A stretch of DNA of 63,758 nucleotides, the filler included, from Octopus bimaculoides (Eukaryota), in assembly GCF_001194135.2 (NCBI RefSeq). It is 5 parts of 4 records of this genome, joined end to end, with 100 filler letters (N's around TTAATTAATTAA, not from the genome) between each part and the next. Parts side by side here need not be neighbours in the genome. Positions count along the whole stretch, not along the records: positions 58,983 to 63,758 come from NC_068987.1; 4 more parts are not named here. One strand, given 5' to 3'. Position 1 is the first letter of the stretch. Each line of letters starts with the position of its first letter. A program made the translations under genes and the position numbers. The notes under the pieces are model-generated. The model saw only the letters and a list, made by a program, of their open reading frames with translations, ran no database searches and was not told the DNA's origin. This document shows, piece by piece, positions 61,127 through 63,758 of this stretch.

Positions 61127-62438
61127 NNNNNNNNNNNNNNNNNNNNNNNNNNNNNNNNNNNNNNNNNNNNNNNNNNNNNNNNNNNNNNNNNNNNNNNNNN
61201 NNNNNNNNNNNNNNNNNNNNNNNNNNNNNNNNNNNNNNNNNNNNNNNNNNNNNNNNNNNNNNNNNNNNNNNNNNNNNNNNNNNNNNNNNNNNNNNNNNNN
61301 NNNNNNNNNNNNNNNNNNNNNNNNNNNNNNNNNNNNNNNNNNNNNNNNNNNNNNNNNNNNNNNNNNNNNNNNNNNNNNNNNNNNNNNNNNNNNNNNNNNN
61401 NNNNNNNNNNNNNNNNNNNNNNNNNNNNNNNNNNNNNNNNNNNNNNNNNNNNNNNNNNNNNNNNNNNNNNNNNNNNNNNNNNNNNNNNNNNNNNNNNNNN
61501 NNNNNNNNNNNNNNNNNNNNNNNNNNNNNNNNNNNNNNNNNNNNNNNNNNNNNNNNNNNNNNNNNNNNNNNNNNNNNNNNNNNNNNNNNNNNNNNNNNNN
61601 NNNNNNNNNNNNNNNNNNNNNNNNNNNNNNNNNNNNNNNNNNNNNNNNNNNNNNNNNNNNNNNNNNNNNNNNNNNNNNNNNNNNNNNNNNNNNNNNNNNN
61701 NNNNNNNNNNNNNNNNNNNNNNNNNNNNNNNNNNNNNNNNNNNNNNNNNNNNNNNNNNNNNNNNNNNNNNNNNNNNNNNNNNNNNNNNNNNNNNNNNNNN
61801 NNNNNNNNNNNNNNNNNNNNNNNNNNNNNNNNNNNNNNNNNNNNNNNNNNNNNNNNNNNNNNNNNNNNNNNNNNNNNNNNNNNNNNNNNNNNNNNNNNNN
61901 NNNNNNNNNNNAACGGTATTTTGAGACTAGACAAATACATTCATCGACAGAAGGGAAAGTAGATATTCAAATATGCTGAATTCTATCCTAGAATTTTCCT
62001 GGGTTCCACTAGTATGAATAAGTATAATAGAAATGATGATGAGACACACATATTCTTAATAACTTTAGGTAGATACGAACATGGGCGTGCAAATCGCTGT
62101 TGCATTTCGTCACACGAGAACAAATTCCCTTTTACAACGAATATGTTTTCATTAATACAAAGGCTTCTGAGAAAGCTTGTTTCAGTATCGTTGTGCCTCT
62201 TCAGCCAGAGGCAGTCGCGAACTTCTGAATCTAACAAGAAATTGTGTATCTTGTGTATAACTTCCGCAAATAAACTGTTTTCTGGTACGTGCTGTCATCT
62301 ACCAACAAATAATAACGTAACAGTATTGATAGAATAGATATGGTAGTCTCTCGCAGTAAGTGAAAGATGGTTTTGCAATATCTTATTGAATAACCTGCAT
62401 ATATAATGTTTTTAGAGTAAACAAATGATTGTATTGTA

Positions 62439-62643
62439 CAGGGTGTCCACAAGGTCTAGGGAGATGGAATAAATAAAATCATGGCATAAACAATTAAACA
62501 TAAGAAATAATTTCTTAAAGTATGTGTTAATCTCCATGTGGGTACATGGAGTAAATAAAATCATAACAAACAATTAAATATTAGATAATAATTTCTTAAA
62601 GTATGTGTTAATCTCCACGTACCTAGACTTTGTGGACACCCTG
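62439..62643. mobile_element. Tc1/mariner-type MITE, 205 bp, with internal ~82-bp duplication
   Basis: 22-bp TIRs cagggtgtccacaa[g/a]gtctagg (1 mismatch); TA at 62437-38 and 62644-45; internal units 62464-62536 and 62546-62617. Confidence 0.9.
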
Positions 62644-62670
62644 TAAATTGATTTCACTTCCTCCATCAAA

Positions 62671-62845
62671 TCAGTATTGCCTGAACTAGGGCACAGTGTG
62701 CCACACACCAGATGTCGGAGTAATCGCGAAGCAATGTGAGATGGTGTGTTTTGCTCAAGAACAAAACACACCACCCGGTCTGGGAATCGAACCCACGATC
62801 TCGCGTTCGTGAGTACAACAACCTATCCAATAGACCACCTGCCCT
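62671..62845 (-). mobile_element. SINE family D (3' module variant 4), diverged
   Basis: Minus gggcaggtggtctattggatagg..gggttcgattcccagaccgg..gttcttgagcaaaacac; distinct 3' module. Confidence 0.7.
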
Positions 62846-63339
62846 CATACTAATATCATGAATATCTACTTTCTGGCTTTTTCATTACCATTTTATGAAC
62901 AGCTCAAAATCCTCTGACTCGTACATATTAGATCAAACTATAGCAGCGTCAGTCTCTGTTTTTCCCCTTCACGGTCAGTCATTTTCTCTCTCTTTCTGCT
63001 GCTCTCTGTCTCTCCCTCTTTCTTATTATCTCTGTTCTACAAAGAGAACTGCAAAACAACAAACAAACATCCTGACCGCTCCTTTTAAAGCCTAAAAACA
63101 AGGTTACCAAATTAAGTTAAAAACAGCGGATTCTCCAGTGTAGTCTTTTAATATGCGCTGGTTGCTACTACTTTAAAATTTCAAAGTAACAATCATATTG
63201 AATGCCATATTAAATCATGAACTAAGCAGATTAGAATCGACCTGTATATCCTCCTTAATCATACAAATAGATACATACATATACACATATATATACATAC
63301 ATATACTGTTTGCATATATTTGTATATAAATATGTATAG

Positions 63340-63374
63340 TATATATTTCTGTATACATACACACACATACATAA

Positions 63375-63407
<33 letters not shown>

Positions 63408-63490
63408 TGTATGTATGTATGTATGTATGTATTTATGGATGGATGGATGGATGGATGGATGGATGGATGGATGAGTGTAAGTATGTACGT
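63340..63490. repeat. (ATGT)n-(GGAT)n microsatellites
   Basis: Direct reading. Confidence 0.9.
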
Positions 63491-63758
63491 ATATTTAATT
63501 TACTTGGAATAATCTCCCTTTAGACTGTTTTCTAACACAATCCACTGCGTTTTGAAAATTTATGAAATTAATCTGGCATCCCGAGCCATGAAATATTTCG
63601 TTCCCATTCTGCGAATTCTTCATCATAATTTGATTTCTCCTTCCATTCCTAGAAACGATGATCCAGGCCCACCGTGTTTTCCTGATATAATTTGGTTTCT
63701 GGAAAACTAACTGACTTGACGCTTTCGTCCCATTTTCCCTTTAACCTTGCTATAATAT

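Noticed and set aside
62166-62209. Minus-strand hammerhead (CTGAAGA..GAAAC with 5-bp stem I)
   Set aside because: Stem II has a mismatch and stem III cannot form as monomer or dimer; chance or fossil.

Overview
Eukaryotic, AT-rich, repeat-saturated non-coding DNA (intergenic or deep intronic). About 7.5 kb is N in 21 gaps; four gaps carry an artificial N44-TTAATTAATTAA-N44 linker. The repeat landscape looks like a coleoid cephalopod (Octopus-like); this is an inference from recognition, not a database result. No intact host gene, rRNA, true tRNA or CRISPR array is supportable, and almost every ORF in the track is microsatellite or gap read-through. The window contains about 35 copies of at least five tRNA-derived SINE groups (informally A-D plus an RTE-tail type) and decayed LINEs (CR1/L2-group, RTE, R4/NeSL-type, Penelope-like). 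It also has mariner/ITm and hAT derivatives, a probable Helentron-type HINE, three long foldback elements and many microsatellites. Most interesting: (1) a three-stem type I hammerhead-ribozyme fold with a non-canonical U4C core (21279-21324, minus) and a canonical minimal hammerhead (37992-38028, minus) with a relative at 42740; (2) a LINE 3' tail shared with SINE family B that shows a compensatory base-pair change in its terminal hairpin; (3) modular tail swapping and recurrent dimer junctions among SINEs; (4) a nest of elements delimited by (AAT)n arrays including an R4-type fragment; (5) a 229-bp near-perfect palindrome; (6) a candidate exon at 57.8-58.0 kb whose alternative splice sites all preserve frame. 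None is proven to be an undescribed system.
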